A stretch of 64,000 nt of DNA, from IMG/VR virus record IMGVR_UViG_2061766007_000547. The stretch is one strand, 5' to 3'. The notes under the pieces were generated by a model. That model saw only the letters and a program-made list of their open reading frames with translations, did not search any database and had not been told where the DNA came from. This document shows, piece by piece, positions 63,398-64,000 of this stretch; positions within the stretch are counted from its first letter, which is position 1, and the number at the start of each line of letters is the position of its first letter. The stretch comes from an uncultured virus (IMG/VR IMGVR_UViG_2061766007_000547) (Duplodnaviria > Heunggongvirae > Uroviricota > Caudoviricetes). The position numbers and the translations under genes were made by a program.

Positions 63398-64000
63398 CGT
63401 CCGTCCGTCCGACTGTATCAAACCTGAGTGATGCCCTTTTCATCATCAACGTAAAGCCCTGCCGTCTTGAGCATATAGTCAGCGATAAGCGAAATAACCA
63501 ACTCCTTGAAAGTGTACTTGTTCAGATATTTGGTGTGCTGGTCAATGCTCTTTTTGTCAATGGCGCGCTGAACCTGAATGGTATTAACGAAATTCTGAAA
63601 CGGTTTATCGTCGGCGGTTTCAACCTTGCCAAAACCTAAAGCCTTTACAGCCTTGCGCAGCCCGTCCGATAAATCAGCACAGCCCTCAGCGTTGATATAA
63701 GAAGCGTAAACGGCGTCCGAAATGTACTTGTTACAAAAAGCCTTTACCTGCTCACGGCTATCGGAAATATCGTTTTTGCATACCTCAATCTGACGGTCAA
63801 AATCAAGCATTTCAGCGTGGTATTTTTCAACTTTTGCGATATACTCAGAGTCTACAGCCTTATAATCGGAAACAGCCTTTTCTAAATCATCGCCCTTGTA
63901 ATTAGCGGTAAATTCCGAAACCATATCGGCAAGTTTTGCTAAATAGGTTTCCTGCCTTTTTGCCTGCTTCTTTTCAAGCGTCCGCTTCTTTTCTCCCGCC

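Larger units (their letters stand above)
1..64000. mobile_element. Large temperate bacteriophage genome segment, SPbeta-like organisation
   Basis: Integrase with attP, DnaE, primase, helicase, MrpR-like repressor, tail-like genes and dense co-oriented small ORFs; no host housekeeping operons. Confidence 0.93.

Noticed and set aside
1..64000. Stop-codon reassignment
   Set aside because: Standard code 11 gives full-length, densely packed genes

Overview
A 64-kb segment of a large temperate Firmicutes phage (GGAGG RBSs and sigma-A promoters; Clostridia/Lachnospiraceae-like host is inferred). Its gene order resembles Bacillus phage SPbeta. Bases 1-5.6 kb (+ strand) are the end of the late arm: glycosyltransferases flank two tail-fibre-like genes. 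An apparently intact attP with a tRNA 3'-end core follows. The remaining ~58 kb is a co-oriented minus-strand arm. It holds a tyrosine integrase, nucleotide-pool genes, a tRNA-like gene, and DnaE split by a group I intron carrying an HNH endonuclease. It also holds a Cas4-like nuclease, two DNA methyltransferases, Ugd and GT2, primase/helicase/AAA/SSB-like replication genes, an SPbeta yopP-yopQ-yopR(MrpR)-like lysogeny module, and many small early genes. The most notable unexplained items are: a two-copy covarying structured RNA motif (51.75 and 52.72 kb); a module of two paralogous 'SCHTID' Zn-finger proteins around an M28-like peptidase; several intact but catalytically degenerate enzyme homologues; and further candidate ncRNAs. 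All family calls come from motif recognition by eye; no database searches were run.
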